A DNA stretch of 63,532 nucleotides, the filler included. It is 4 parts of 4 records of this genome, joined end to end, with 100 filler letters (N's around TTAATTAATTAA, not from the genome) between each part and the next. Parts side by side here need not be neighbours in the genome. Positions count along the whole stretch, not along the records: positions 24,621 to 39,760 come from SRR31156797_2447; positions 39,861 to 57,074 come from SRR31156797_2449; 2 more parts are not named here. One strand, given 5' to 3'. How positions within the stretch are numbered: the first letter of the stretch is position 1; every line of letters starts with the position of its first letter. Shown piece by piece: positions 39,756-48,999 of this stretch. The translations under genes were made by a program, and so were the position numbers. Below the pieces are notes generated by a model. That model was not told the origin of the DNA, made no database searches, and saw only the letters and a list, made by a program, of their open reading frames with translations.

Positions 39756-39760
39756 GGGTA

Positions 39761-39860
39761 NNNNNNNNNNNNNNNNNNNNNNNNNNNNNNNNNNNNNNNN
39801 NNNNTTAATTAATTAANNNNNNNNNNNNNNNNNNNNNNNNNNNNNNNNNNNNNNNNNNNN
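39761..39860. other. Artificial contig linker
   Basis: N44-TTAATTAATTAA-N44. Confidence 0.98.
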
Positions 39861-39861
39861 T

Positions 39862-40572
39862 TTTACTTTAGCTTTAGATATTTATGGAAAAGATTTATAT
39901 AAAAGAGTTGGACATGAGCCTTCTGGAAACCCTTTTAATTCCCTTGTACAACTTGAATATGAAAAAGGAATTCCACGAAATCCTTTTATAAATGCAGGGG
40001 CAATAGTTACAGCAGACTCTTTAGTATCAAAATATAAAGATGATACATTTTCAACTATTTTAGAGTTTATAAAAAAAGTTTCTGCAAATGAAAATATTAG
40101 TATAGATAGGGAAGTTTTTAACTCTGAACTTGAAAGTGGCTATAGAAATCTTGCTTTGATTAATATGATGAAAAGTTTTAACAACATCGAAAACAATACT
40201 CAAGATGTAATAGAAACTTATTTTAAACAATGCTCTATAATGATGAATACAAAACAACTTGCCAAGTCTATGCTTTATCTTGCAAATCATGGAGTTATTC
40301 CAAGTACAAAAGAAAAGATAATAACAGAACCACAAGCAAAAAGAGTAAATGCAGTTATGTTAACTTGTGGACATTATGATGCATCAGGTGATTTTGCATT
40401 TCATGTTGGACTTCCTGGAAAAAGTGGAGTAGGAGGAGGAATTGTTGCTGTGGTACCTCAAAAAATGGCAATTTGTGTTTATTCTCCAAAATTAAACAAA
40501 CAAGGAAACTCTTTAGTTGGAACAAAAGCTTTAGAGCTTTTTACAACAAAAACTAATCTTTCTATATTTTAA
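39862..40572 (+). CDS. glsA: Glutaminase (5'-truncated)
   Basis: The frame is open from the contig start: RVGHEPSGNPFNS, PRNPFINAGA, YFKQCS, TCGHYDASGDFA..VGLPGKSGVGGG. Confidence 0.93.
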   Translation, partial: FTLALDIYGKDLYKRVGHEPSGNPFNSLVQLEYEKGIPRNPFINAGAIVTADSLVSKYKDDTFSTILEFIKKVSANENISIDREVFNSELESGYRNLALINMMKSFNNIENNTQDVIETYFKQCSIMMNTKQLAKSMLYLANHGVIPSTKEKIITEPQAKRVNAVMLTCGHYDASGDFAFHVGLPGKSGVGGGIVAVVPQKMAICVYSPKLNKQGNSLVGTKALELFTTKTNLSIF

Positions 40573-40573
40573 A

Positions 40574-41539
40574 CTATTTTGACCTAGTTAGGAAATATAA
40601 ACCAAATAAAGTCAAAAATAATCCAGCCCATCCACTAAGACTTGGCAGGGCTGCTCCCAAGAAAACTATTTCTCCTAAAAGAGCAAAAAACACCTCTCCT
40701 GATTGAGTTGCATCTACAAGTATTAATTTACTTGTAGTATTTGCATGGTTTCTTGCATACAAAAACAGTGATGTTGCAATTATTCCTGAAAGAATTGAAA
40801 CTAAAGCTACATTTATCAATTGCCCTTCACTTGGACTAACAGGGCTTGTTATAAAATATAAAACTACCCAAAAAGGGAAACTTCCTAGAGTAAGTAAAAA
40901 TACCTTTATAAATGCGTTTTTAAAAACTTTCGTATCTAAGTTTTTCTCTTCTCTTTTTTTCTTTTGTTCCCAAACTAGCTGGTTACCAGTTGGATAAGAA
41001 AATGCTGCAACTAATACAGGAAAGAAACCTAGAAAAAAGGCATCTAAGTTATCCATATCAAAATGACTAAGATTTACCAGGGTAACTCCACAAAAAATCA
41101 CAAAAGTAAAAAACCAAGTCATCTTTGAAAGTTTTTTTCCAAAAAAAGATAACACTATCAATGAAGATACAATAGTTATCTGCCAAGTTGTGGCAACAAC
41201 CCAACCAGGAGAAAAATCAGCGGCATAACAAATAAGTGAGTAGAAAAAACCAAAACCTATAGTTCCAGCTATAGTCCAAAATAAAAAGTTTTCCAAATAC
41301 TCAGTAATAATTGTTTTAAAATAAGCGAAACCCTTAAAAGCGATAAAACCTATACTTAAAAAAACAACTGTATAAAAAAATCTTAATGCTGCACTCCAAT
41401 ACCAGTGTCCCCCATCTAAAGAGATTGCTCTATTTATAAGAAATGTTGCAGAGAAAAAAGCAGCAGCTAAAAGCCCAACAATAAGTAAAAAGATTGGTTC
41501 TGCTTGGTATTTTTCTATTTTATTTTTAAATCTATCCAA
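40574..41539 (-). CDS. DMT-superfamily multidrug resistance efflux transporter (YjlA-like)
   Basis: AAFFSATFLINRAI..GGHWYWSAALR, PGWVVATTWQ, SYPTGN, DATQSGEV. Confidence 0.85.
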   Translation of the reverse strand: MDRFKNKIEKYQAEPIFLLIVGLLAAAFFSATFLINRAISLDGGHWYWSAALRFFYTVVFLSIGFIAFKGFAYFKTIITEYLENFLFWTIAGTIGFGFFYSLICYAADFSPGWVVATTWQITIVSSLIVLSFFGKKLSKMTWFFTFVIFCGVTLVNLSHFDMDNLDAFFLGFFPVLVAAFSYPTGNQLVWEQKKKREEKNLDTKVFKNAFIKVFLLTLGSFPFWVVLYFITSPVSPSEGQLINVALVSILSGIIATSLFLYARNHANTTSKLILVDATQSGEVFFALLGEIVFLGAALPSLSGWAGLFLTLFGLYFLTRSK

Positions 41540-41724
41540 AATATATCCTGTTTAATAAAGATTCGATTATACAATAAAATGAAATTAAAAAAAGTTTAAT
41601 TATATTAAATTCTAACCATTTATAATTTTTTAACTTGCAATTTTTCCTATTTTTTCTACATAAAAATATTAAGAGATATTTATAAAGACATAAAGTATAA
41701 TCTCACAAAAAACTAAGGGTTTAA

Positions 41725-42333
41725 ATGACTGCATTAGAAATAGCAGATATTGTTGGAATTATATCTTTTGCAATTAGTGGATTTTTAATTGCTGTACATA
41801 TGAAACTAGATATTTTAGGGATATTTATCTCCTCTTTTTTAACTGCTTTTGGTGGTGGTATGATTAGAGATGTAATTGCAAATAAAACCCCATATATTTT
41901 TACAAATAACCTTCCAATTATTTTGGTTTTATCTACTTTGATTGTAGCTATAATTTTTAAACTTCATAAAATTCCTGACTTAGAAGGGAAACTAGCTTTT
42001 GTTTTAACTGATACTATAGGTTTAGTATCTTTTGCTATTTCAGGAGCTCTAATAGCTATGAAATCAGATTTTAATATGATTGGTATAGTTTTACTTTCTC
42101 TTCTAACTGCAATTGGTGGAGGAACACTAAGGGATGTTGTAATCAATAGGATTCCAGCAGTTCTAATCAGTGATTTTTATGGAGCAATTGCTATTATAAT
42201 CTCATTTATAATAATTGCCGTTGATTCATTTTATGAAATAAACAAAATCACACTTCTTTCAATATTTATTTTTGGTGTAATTTTAAGACTAGTAGCATAC
42301 AAAAAAAGATGGCATCTACCTACTTTATCGTAG
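41725..42333 (+). CDS. Trimeric intracellular cation channel (TRIC/UPF0126) family, probable glycine transporter
   Basis: Duplicated FAISG...D..G.....TAFGGG.IRD and TAIGGGTLRD motifs; C-terminal W.LP. Confidence 0.88.
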   Translation: MTALEIADIVGIISFAISGFLIAVHMKLDILGIFISSFLTAFGGGMIRDVIANKTPYIFTNNLPIILVLSTLIVAIIFKLHKIPDLEGKLAFVLTDTIGLVSFAISGALIAMKSDFNMIGIVLLSLLTAIGGGTLRDVVINRIPAVLISDFYGAIAIIISFIIIAVDSFYEINKITLLSIFIFGVILRLVAYKKRWHLPTLS

Positions 42334-42344
42334 GTAGATTGCTT

Positions 42345-43697
42345 TTAGTGCCCTAAAGCTTCTAGTGTAGACTCACTTAATGTTGGGTGGGCAAATATCA
42401 TTTTAGATAAATCTGTAAGTGTTAATTTTGCATTTATTGCAACTAAAAACTGATGTATCAATTCTGTTGCTTCATTTCCTACAATTCCTGCTCCTAAAAT
42501 AGTTTCAGTATCTTCTGCATAGATGATTTTGATAAAACCACTGTCATCACCTTTTATTTTAGCTTTTGAACTTGTTTTGAAAAATACTTTTTTTGATTTA
42601 AACTTCACTTCCTGTTCTTTTAAAGAGTATTCACTCTCCCCTATTGAAGCAACTTGTGGAGAGCAAAAAGTAACTGATGGGAAAATAGCTTTTTGAGGTA
42701 AGGCTTCATGGTTTAATATCTTGTTTGCAACCCTTTTTGCTTCATAATATGCCACATGGGCTAAAGCAGGAGATTTTATAACATCACCTATTGCATATAC
42801 TTTTTTGTTTGATTCTGATTGTAGGTTTGAGTCCACCTCAACAAAACCATTATCAATTTTTATATTTGCATTTTCTAAACCTAGATTTTGAGTATTTGGA
42901 ACTCTACCAATTGAGATTAAAACCTTTTCAAATTTTAATACTTCTTGTTTTTTACCTAAGTTAAGTCTAACTTGAACCCCATCTTCTAAAATCTCATATT
43001 CAGTGATATTTGCTTTTACATCAACTTTTATTCCACCTCTTTCAAACTCTCTTTTGATAGTTTTACCCATATCGTCATCTTCTATAGGAAGAAGTTTTGA
43101 TGTAAACTCTGCTATATGTGTTTTTGTTCCAAGTGAGTTAAAAAATGTAGCAAACTCACACCCAATAGCTCCACCACCAACTATTAAAATAGATTCAGGC
43201 AATTTATCAAGAGTAAAAACCTCTTTTGAAGAGATGATTTTGTCTCCATCTATTTTCATTAAAGGGTGTTCTCTATGGTTTGAACCAGTTGCTATTATAA
43301 ACTCATTTGCGCTTATCAACTCATCATTTACTTTGATAGAATTTTCATCTACAAAAGAAGCAAGACCATATTTAATCTCAGCTTTTGCTTTTTTTAGCTT
43401 TTTTGAAATACCCATTTTTGTATCACATATAAGTCTACAAGTATTGCTTTTAAGTTTATCTATATCAAAACCATTTAGAGTAATATCTACTCCACACTCT
43501 TTGAAGTATGAGGCTTTTTTTGTATATATTGCACTTTCTAAAAAGTTTTTAGCTGGAACACATCCCCAGTTTAGACAAGTTCCACCTAAATGCTCTTCAT
43601 CTTTTTCTATTATACATACAGATTTCCCACCCTCACCTAAAAGTGAAGCTACTTCATATCCGGCTGGTCCTGCTCCTATTACAACTACATCATACAT
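42345..43697 (-). CDS. lpdA: Dihydrolipoyl dehydrogenase (GCS L protein)
   Basis: GAGPAG, GGTCLNWGCVP, GGGAIG.E, HPTLSE. Confidence 0.95.
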   Translation of the reverse strand: MYDVVVIGAGPAGYEVASLLGEGGKSVCIIEKDEEHLGGTCLNWGCVPAKNFLESAIYTKKASYFKECGVDITLNGFDIDKLKSNTCRLICDTKMGISKKLKKAKAEIKYGLASFVDENSIKVNDELISANEFIIATGSNHREHPLMKIDGDKIISSKEVFTLDKLPESILIVGGGAIGCEFATFFNSLGTKTHIAEFTSKLLPIEDDDMGKTIKREFERGGIKVDVKANITEYEILEDGVQVRLNLGKKQEVLKFEKVLISIGRVPNTQNLGLENANIKIDNGFVEVDSNLQSESNKKVYAIGDVIKSPALAHVAYYEAKRVANKILNHEALPQKAIFPSVTFCSPQVASIGESEYSLKEQEVKFKSKKVFFKTSSKAKIKGDDSGFIKIIYAEDTETILGAGIVGNEATELIHQFLVAINAKLTLTDLSKMIFAHPTLSESTLEALGH

Positions 43698-43700
43698 CTA

Positions 43701-44591
43701 TTACTCTCCTACATACTCATGTGCTAAATATGAACTTCTAGTATATGGACTTGAATGAACATACTCAAACCCTAAATCTAAAGCTATTTGTTTGTATTTT
43801 TCAAACTGTGAAGGTCTTACATACTCAACAACCTTTTGAAACTCATTTGAAGGTGCCAAATATTGACCAATACTTAGATAATCACAACCAACATCTCTTA
43901 AGTCTTTCATCACTTGAATCATCTCATCTTCTGTCTCGCCAAGCCCAACCATAAGTGCTGTTTTTGTTTTGGCAGTTTTAGGAGCCAAGGCTTTTAGTTT
44001 TTTTAGAACTTGAAGTGATCTTTTATAGTTTGCAGCTTTTCTTATCTTATAAAGACTTGGAACAGTTTCCATATTATGACCCAAAACTACTGCTCCACTA
44101 TTTGCAACAAGTTTTAAAGAGTCCATATCTCCTTGAAAATCTGGGATTAAAAGCTCAACTTTAGTATCTGGTAACTCTTTTAAAATATTTTGAGTTACCT
44201 CATAAAACTGTCTTGCTCCCCCATCTTTCAAATCATCCCTAGCTGGACTTGTAATAACCACATATTTAAGGTCAAGTAATTTAACAGAAGTTGTTACTTG
44301 CTCAATCTCTTTTTTGTTTACTTCAAGAGGTTTTCCTGTAGCTACATTACAATAGCTACATCTTCTTGTACAAATAGCACCAAGGATTAGAAAGGTTGCA
44401 TTTTTTTTAGAGAAACATTCACTTATGTTTGGGCATTTTGCCTCTTGGCAGATTGTATGGATACCAACATTGTTTAAAAGTTGGTCCATCTCTTTTTGTG
44501 CACCAAATTGAAGTTTTTTTCTTAGCCACTCTGGTTTTCTACCATTGTCACTGTTTTTGATAAAATCTCTTGTATTCATTTTTTGTGTCAT
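43701..44591 (-). CDS. lipA: Lipoyl synthase
   Basis: KPEWL, CQEAKCPNISEC, CTRRCSYC, GQYL.P, RSSY. Confidence 0.96.
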   Translation of the reverse strand: MTQKMNTRDFIKNSDNGRKPEWLRKKLQFGAQKEMDQLLNNVGIHTICQEAKCPNISECFSKKNATFLILGAICTRRCSYCNVATGKPLEVNKKEIEQVTTSVKLLDLKYVVITSPARDDLKDGGARQFYEVTQNILKELPDTKVELLIPDFQGDMDSLKLVANSGAVVLGHNMETVPSLYKIRKAANYKRSLQVLKKLKALAPKTAKTKTALMVGLGETEDEMIQVMKDLRDVGCDYLSIGQYLAPSNEFQKVVEYVRPSQFEKYKQIALDLGFEYVHSSPYTRSSYLAHEYVGE

Positions 44592-44642
44592 CTCTAATCC
44601 TTTTTAATGTCCCATTTAAAAGAGCAACGAGTTGCCCCTATC

Positions 44643-46094
44643 TTAGCAATCAAAACAAACATCAAGCTCTTTAATAGCTCTTGTATCATCAGGTCTACAA
44701 ACTCCCAATGTTTTTGGATACTCTTGGAAAGCAGCTGCATCCTCTTTTGCTAGTTTTACTGCCTCAATCATTCTGTCACAAAACTCATCTATAGTTTGTT
44801 TGTTTTCTGTTTCAGTTGGCTCTATCATAATTGCTTCTTTTACAATAAGTGGGAAATAAACAGTTGGCGCATGAAGACCAAAATCTAAAAGATATTTTGC
44901 TATATCCATAGCTGTTACTTTATACTCTTTTGCTAGGGTTTTAGCAGAAAATACACACTCATGCATACATAAAGTATCATAAGGCATATCAAAATACTCT
45001 CTTAGCCTTACTCTTATGTAATTAGCATTTAATACAGCCTTTGTACTTGCGTTTTTCATCCCATTTCCACCTAAGATTGTCATATAAACAATTGCTCTTA
45101 AAGAGATACCATAGTTTCCAAAAAATGGTGATATTTTTCCAATAGTATCTGTTCCACCATTTGAAAACTGATACTCTCCATCAACTTTTTTTATTCCTAG
45201 GTCTGGTAAAAATGGTTTTAGTTTTTCATTTACTCCAACAGGTCCTGAACCTGGACCTCCACCACCGTGAGGAGTTGCAAATGTTTTATGAACATTTATA
45301 TGGATAACATCAAAACCAATATCTCCTGGTCTTGCCACACCCATAATAGCGTTCATATTTGCCCCATCATAATACATCATTGCATCATATTCATGGGCTA
45401 GATCGCAAATCTCTTTTATCTTTTTATTATATATACCCAAAGTATTTGGAACTGTAAGCATTACAGCTGCAACCTCATCAGACATTTTTGCTTTAAAAGC
45501 TTCATAGTCCATACCACCATTTTCATCAGATTTAATAGTGATAACCTCATATCCAACCATTGCTGCTGTTGCTGGGTTTGTTCCATGAGAAGAATCTGGA
45601 ACAATTACATATTTTCTTTTGTTTCCTTTACTTTCGTGATATTTATGAATCATCATGATTCCTAACATCTCACCGTGAGCTCCAGCTTGTGGAGTAGTTG
45701 TAAAGGCACTCATTCCTGTAACTGCACAAAGTTTTTGCTCCAACATATCTACAACTTCAAGGGTACCTTGAACATCTTCACTCATTTTGTTTGTAACTAA
45801 GTGAGGATGAAGTCCAGCAAAACCTTCAAGACCTGCTACTCTTTCAGCTATTTTTGGATTGTATTTCATAGTACAAGAACCAAGGGGATAGAAGTTTTTA
45901 TCAATAGCAAAGTTTTTAGTTGACAAATTTGTAAAGTGTCTAACCACATCAAACTCACTAAGCTCTGGAAGTTGCGCTTTGTTTTCTCTAGTAAACTCTT
46001 TTTTGATTTCACTTTTAGGAACATCTAGTTTAGGAAGAGATATACCTTTTCTTCCCTCTTGGCTTTTATCAAATATAGTTAATACCTTACTCAT
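44643..46094 (-). CDS. gcvPB: Glycine dehydrogenase subunit 2
   Basis: YPLGSCTMKYNP, AGAHGE, HGTNPATA, HINVHKTFATPHGGGGPG, IEPTETE. Confidence 0.96.
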   Translation of the reverse strand: MSKVLTIFDKSQEGRKGISLPKLDVPKSEIKKEFTRENKAQLPELSEFDVVRHFTNLSTKNFAIDKNFYPLGSCTMKYNPKIAERVAGLEGFAGLHPHLVTNKMSEDVQGTLEVVDMLEQKLCAVTGMSAFTTTPQAGAHGEMLGIMMIHKYHESKGNKRKYVIVPDSSHGTNPATAAMVGYEVITIKSDENGGMDYEAFKAKMSDEVAAVMLTVPNTLGIYNKKIKEICDLAHEYDAMMYYDGANMNAIMGVARPGDIGFDVIHINVHKTFATPHGGGGPGSGPVGVNEKLKPFLPDLGIKKVDGEYQFSNGGTDTIGKISPFFGNYGISLRAIVYMTILGGNGMKNASTKAVLNANYIRVRLREYFDMPYDTLCMHECVFSAKTLAKEYKVTAMDIAKYLLDFGLHAPTVYFPLIVKEAIMIEPTETENKQTIDEFCDRMIEAVKLAKEDAAAFQEYPKTLGVCRPDDTRAIKELDVCFDC

Positions 46095-47434
46095 GCTTGT
46101 ACTCCTAAAATTTGTGCTAGAGCTTCAACGAACATATCCATTTGCTCTTTTGTTCTTTTTTCAGTTACTGTTACTAAAATAGAGTTTTCAAAACCATCAT
46201 AAAGGTTACCAAGATTTATCCCTGCATAAAAACCTTTTTTACTCATCTCTTCTAATAAATCACTTGCATCGCAAGGTGTTTTAATAACAAACTCATTAAA
46301 GGTTTCGCCACTATTAAAAATCTCTACACCCTCAACTAAAGCTAGTTTCTCTTTTAGATATTCACTTTTACTATGGCAAGTAGTTGCAAGCTCTTCAAAG
46401 CCCTCTTTTCCTAAAAGAGATAAAAAGATTGTACTTCTTAAAGCTAATAGATTTTGGTTTGAACAGATATTTGAAGTTGCTCTATGTCTTCTAATATGTT
46501 GCTCCCTTGCTTGCATTGTTAATACAAATATCTCTTTGCCATCTTTATCTAAAGTTTTACCAATAATTCTTCCTGGTAAATCTCTAATATACTTCTCTCT
46601 TGTTGCAACAAGTCCAAATGATGGTCCCCCAAAAGAAAGATAGTTTCCTAAACATTGTCCATCAGCTGTAACTATATCAACACCCATAGAAGCTGGGTCT
46701 TTTAAAACACCTAAAGATACTGCATATGCTGACATTACTGCAATTGCTTTATTTTCATGAAGTTTTTCTATTATCTTTTCATATGAGTTTATAGAACCTA
46801 AGAAATTTGGGTTTTGAAATAAAAATCCACCAACACTATCATCTATTTTTGCTTCAATAGTTTCATAATCACTATGGTCACCATCTAAAGGTATAATTTC
46901 AACTGCTATATCTCTAAATTTTAAATAAGTTTGCACTACTTTGATATATGTTGGATTTACTCCACCATCTACTAAGATTTTATTTCTTTTAGAGATTCTA
47001 ACTGCCATAAGTGCAGCTTCAGCTAATGCTGTTGCACCATCGTACATAGAGGCATTTGAAACATCCATCCCAGTTAGTTTACAAACTAAACTTTGGTATT
47101 CATATAATACTTGTAAAGTTCCTTGAGATGCTTCTGCTTGGTATGGAGTATAAGCTGTATAAAACTCTGACCTTCCACTTAAAGCATCAACAGCACTTGG
47201 AACAATATGGTCATAGTAACCACCACCTAAAAAGATAGTTTTATCAGTCACATTTTTTGAAGCAAGTGTTTTAAACTTCTCAAAAGTTGTAAACTCATCT
47301 AAACCATCTTCAATATCAAGTGAGTCGATTCTAAGATTACTTGGTACAGAATCAAAAAGCTGATGCTCTTCTTCTAAACCAATAGTTTTAAGCATCTGTT
47401 TTATTTCTGTTTGTGTATGGGGAGTATATGGCAT
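46091..47434 (-). CDS. gcvPA: Glycine dehydrogenase subunit 1
   Basis: TAYTPYQAEASQG.LQ, NASMYDGATA, REQHIRR..ATSNICSNQ. Confidence 0.96.
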   Translation of the reverse strand: MPYTPHTQTEIKQMLKTIGLEEEHQLFDSVPSNLRIDSLDIEDGLDEFTTFEKFKTLASKNVTDKTIFLGGGYYDHIVPSAVDALSGRSEFYTAYTPYQAEASQGTLQVLYEYQSLVCKLTGMDVSNASMYDGATALAEAALMAVRISKRNKILVDGGVNPTYIKVVQTYLKFRDIAVEIIPLDGDHSDYETIEAKIDDSVGGFLFQNPNFLGSINSYEKIIEKLHENKAIAVMSAYAVSLGVLKDPASMGVDIVTADGQCLGNYLSFGGPSFGLVATREKYIRDLPGRIIGKTLDKDGKEIFVLTMQAREQHIRRHRATSNICSNQNLLALRSTIFLSLLGKEGFEELATTCHSKSEYLKEKLALVEGVEIFNSGETFNEFVIKTPCDASDLLEEMSKKGFYAGINLGNLYDGFENSILVTVTEKRTKEQMDMFVEALAQILGVQA

Positions 47435-47442
47435 CTTATCTC

Positions 47443-47808
47443 CTATAATGATTCAGTGTATTCGTTGTAAGCCTCTTCATCCATAAGGCTTTCAAGTTCA
47501 CTTTCATCTGAAATTGTTAATTTATAAATCCAGTTTGCATTTGCATCTTGGTTTAGTAATTCTGGTGTATCAAGTAGTGCTTCATTTACCTCTGTGATAG
47601 TCCCTGATACTGGAGTATAAATATCACTTGCAGCTTTAACTGATTCAATAAATGCCACACTATCTTCAGCACTTACTTCATCATCAACCTCTGGTAACTC
47701 TAAAAATGTAATATCACCTAATTGCTCTATTGCATACGCAGAAATACCAACAACACCATTTTCACCATCAACTTCAACCCACTCATGCTCTTGACTAAAT
47801 TTTTTCAT
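47443..47808 (-). CDS. gcvH: Glycine cleavage H protein
   Basis: HEWV, QLGDI, lipoyl-Lys motif ESVKAASD. Confidence 0.96.
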   Translation of the reverse strand: MKKFSQEHEWVEVDGENGVVGISAYAIEQLGDITFLELPEVDDEVSAEDSVAFIESVKAASDIYTPVSGTITEVNEALLDTPELLNQDANANWIYKLTISDESELESLMDEEAYNEYTESL

Positions 47809-47820
47809 AATATCTCCTTC

Positions 47821-48900
47821 TTATTTTTTAATAAATGGCAACGAGGCTTTATTTGCCTCTATTGCTCCCCTTGCATCTCTAAGTTCAAAACTTTTATTTT
47901 CATCAAAATTTTCAACATCAACCATAACCAAACCTATTCCAACATTTAGTGTTGGAGAAAAAGCTGCTGAAGTTACAAAACCAATTTTTTTGTCATCTTG
48001 GAAAGCTTCAAAATCTTTTCTTGCACTTCTTCTTGAGGTTGTTTTAAAAGGTATTAGTAATCTTTTTACACCTTCTTCTTTTTGTTTTGCTAAAGCATCT
48101 TTTCCAAAATATTCTCTTTGTAGATTTACAAACATAGAAAGGTTTGCTTCAAGTGGTGTAATCTCTTCTGTTAAATCATTTCCATAAAGGCTATAACCCA
48201 TCTCAAGTCTTAAAGCATCTCTTGCTCCTAAACCTGCTGGTTTTACACCATCAGCTAATAGTGCATCCCAAATCTTTACAGCTGTAGAGGCATCTACATA
48301 AAGTTCAAATCCAAGCTCGCCTGTATATCCAGTTCGGCTCAATAAACAATCTTCACCAAATATTTTTGTTTGAACAAATGAAAAGAAACCTAACTCATCT
48401 AAATTCACATTTTCATCAAGAAAATATTTTTGTAAAATTTTTTTTGAATTGGGACCTTGAACATCCAGTTTAGAAACCTCTTTAGATCTATCATCTAAAG
48501 AGCCAGTTTTAAGTCTGCTAGTGATAGTTTTAAAATCAATTGCAGCTCTTGAAGCATTTACTACAATCATTAGTTCATCTTCGCTTAGTCTATAAATGAT
48601 AAGGTCATCAATAACACCACCCTCTTCATTTAACAAAAAGCCATATTTACATTTTCCTATTTTAAGAGCATCAATATTTATAGAAGTTGCTTCATTTATA
48701 CCTGAAGTTTGAATATCACCTTTGAAGAAAAACTCCCCCATATGTGAAGTGTCAAAAAGTGCCACATCGTTTCTACAATAACCATGTTCAGCTATGATTC
48801 CATCAAACTGTATAGGCATCTCCCATCCAGCAAAAGGAACCATTTTGCATTTTGTTTCAAGTTGTTTTTCATAAAGTGCAGTTCTAAGAAGGTTTTCCAT
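47821..48900 (-). CDS. gcvT: Aminomethyltransferase (GCS T protein)
   Basis: PFAGWEMP, FDTSHMG, SRTGYTGELGFE, GLGARDALRLE. Confidence 0.96.
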   Translation of the reverse strand: MENLLRTALYEKQLETKCKMVPFAGWEMPIQFDGIIAEHGYCRNDVALFDTSHMGEFFFKGDIQTSGINEATSINIDALKIGKCKYGFLLNEEGGVIDDLIIYRLSEDELMIVVNASRAAIDFKTITSRLKTGSLDDRSKEVSKLDVQGPNSKKILQKYFLDENVNLDELGFFSFVQTKIFGEDCLLSRTGYTGELGFELYVDASTAVKIWDALLADGVKPAGLGARDALRLEMGYSLYGNDLTEEITPLEANLSMFVNLQREYFGKDALAKQKEEGVKRLLIPFKTTSRRSARKDFEAFQDDKKIGFVTSAAFSPTLNVGIGLVMVDVENFDENKSFELRDARGAIEANKASLPFIKK

Positions 48901-48999
48901 TTCTACCCCTTTTAAATTTTATATCTTTATATTGTAAAAGACAAAAGGGGCAGAAAAGTATCAAAAGAGAGGTGAATTTTAAATTTTATTGTTTAGTTT

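Noticed and set aside
28574..40572. GlnK/GlnL system regulating the glutaminase gene, as in B. subtilis
   Set aside because: The glutaminase is on a different contig from a different organism, across the linker at 39761-39860.
43003..43758. 251-aa plus-strand ORF
   Set aside because: Antisense shadow of lpdA/lipA, Ser/Phe/Ile-rich, with no motifs or SD.
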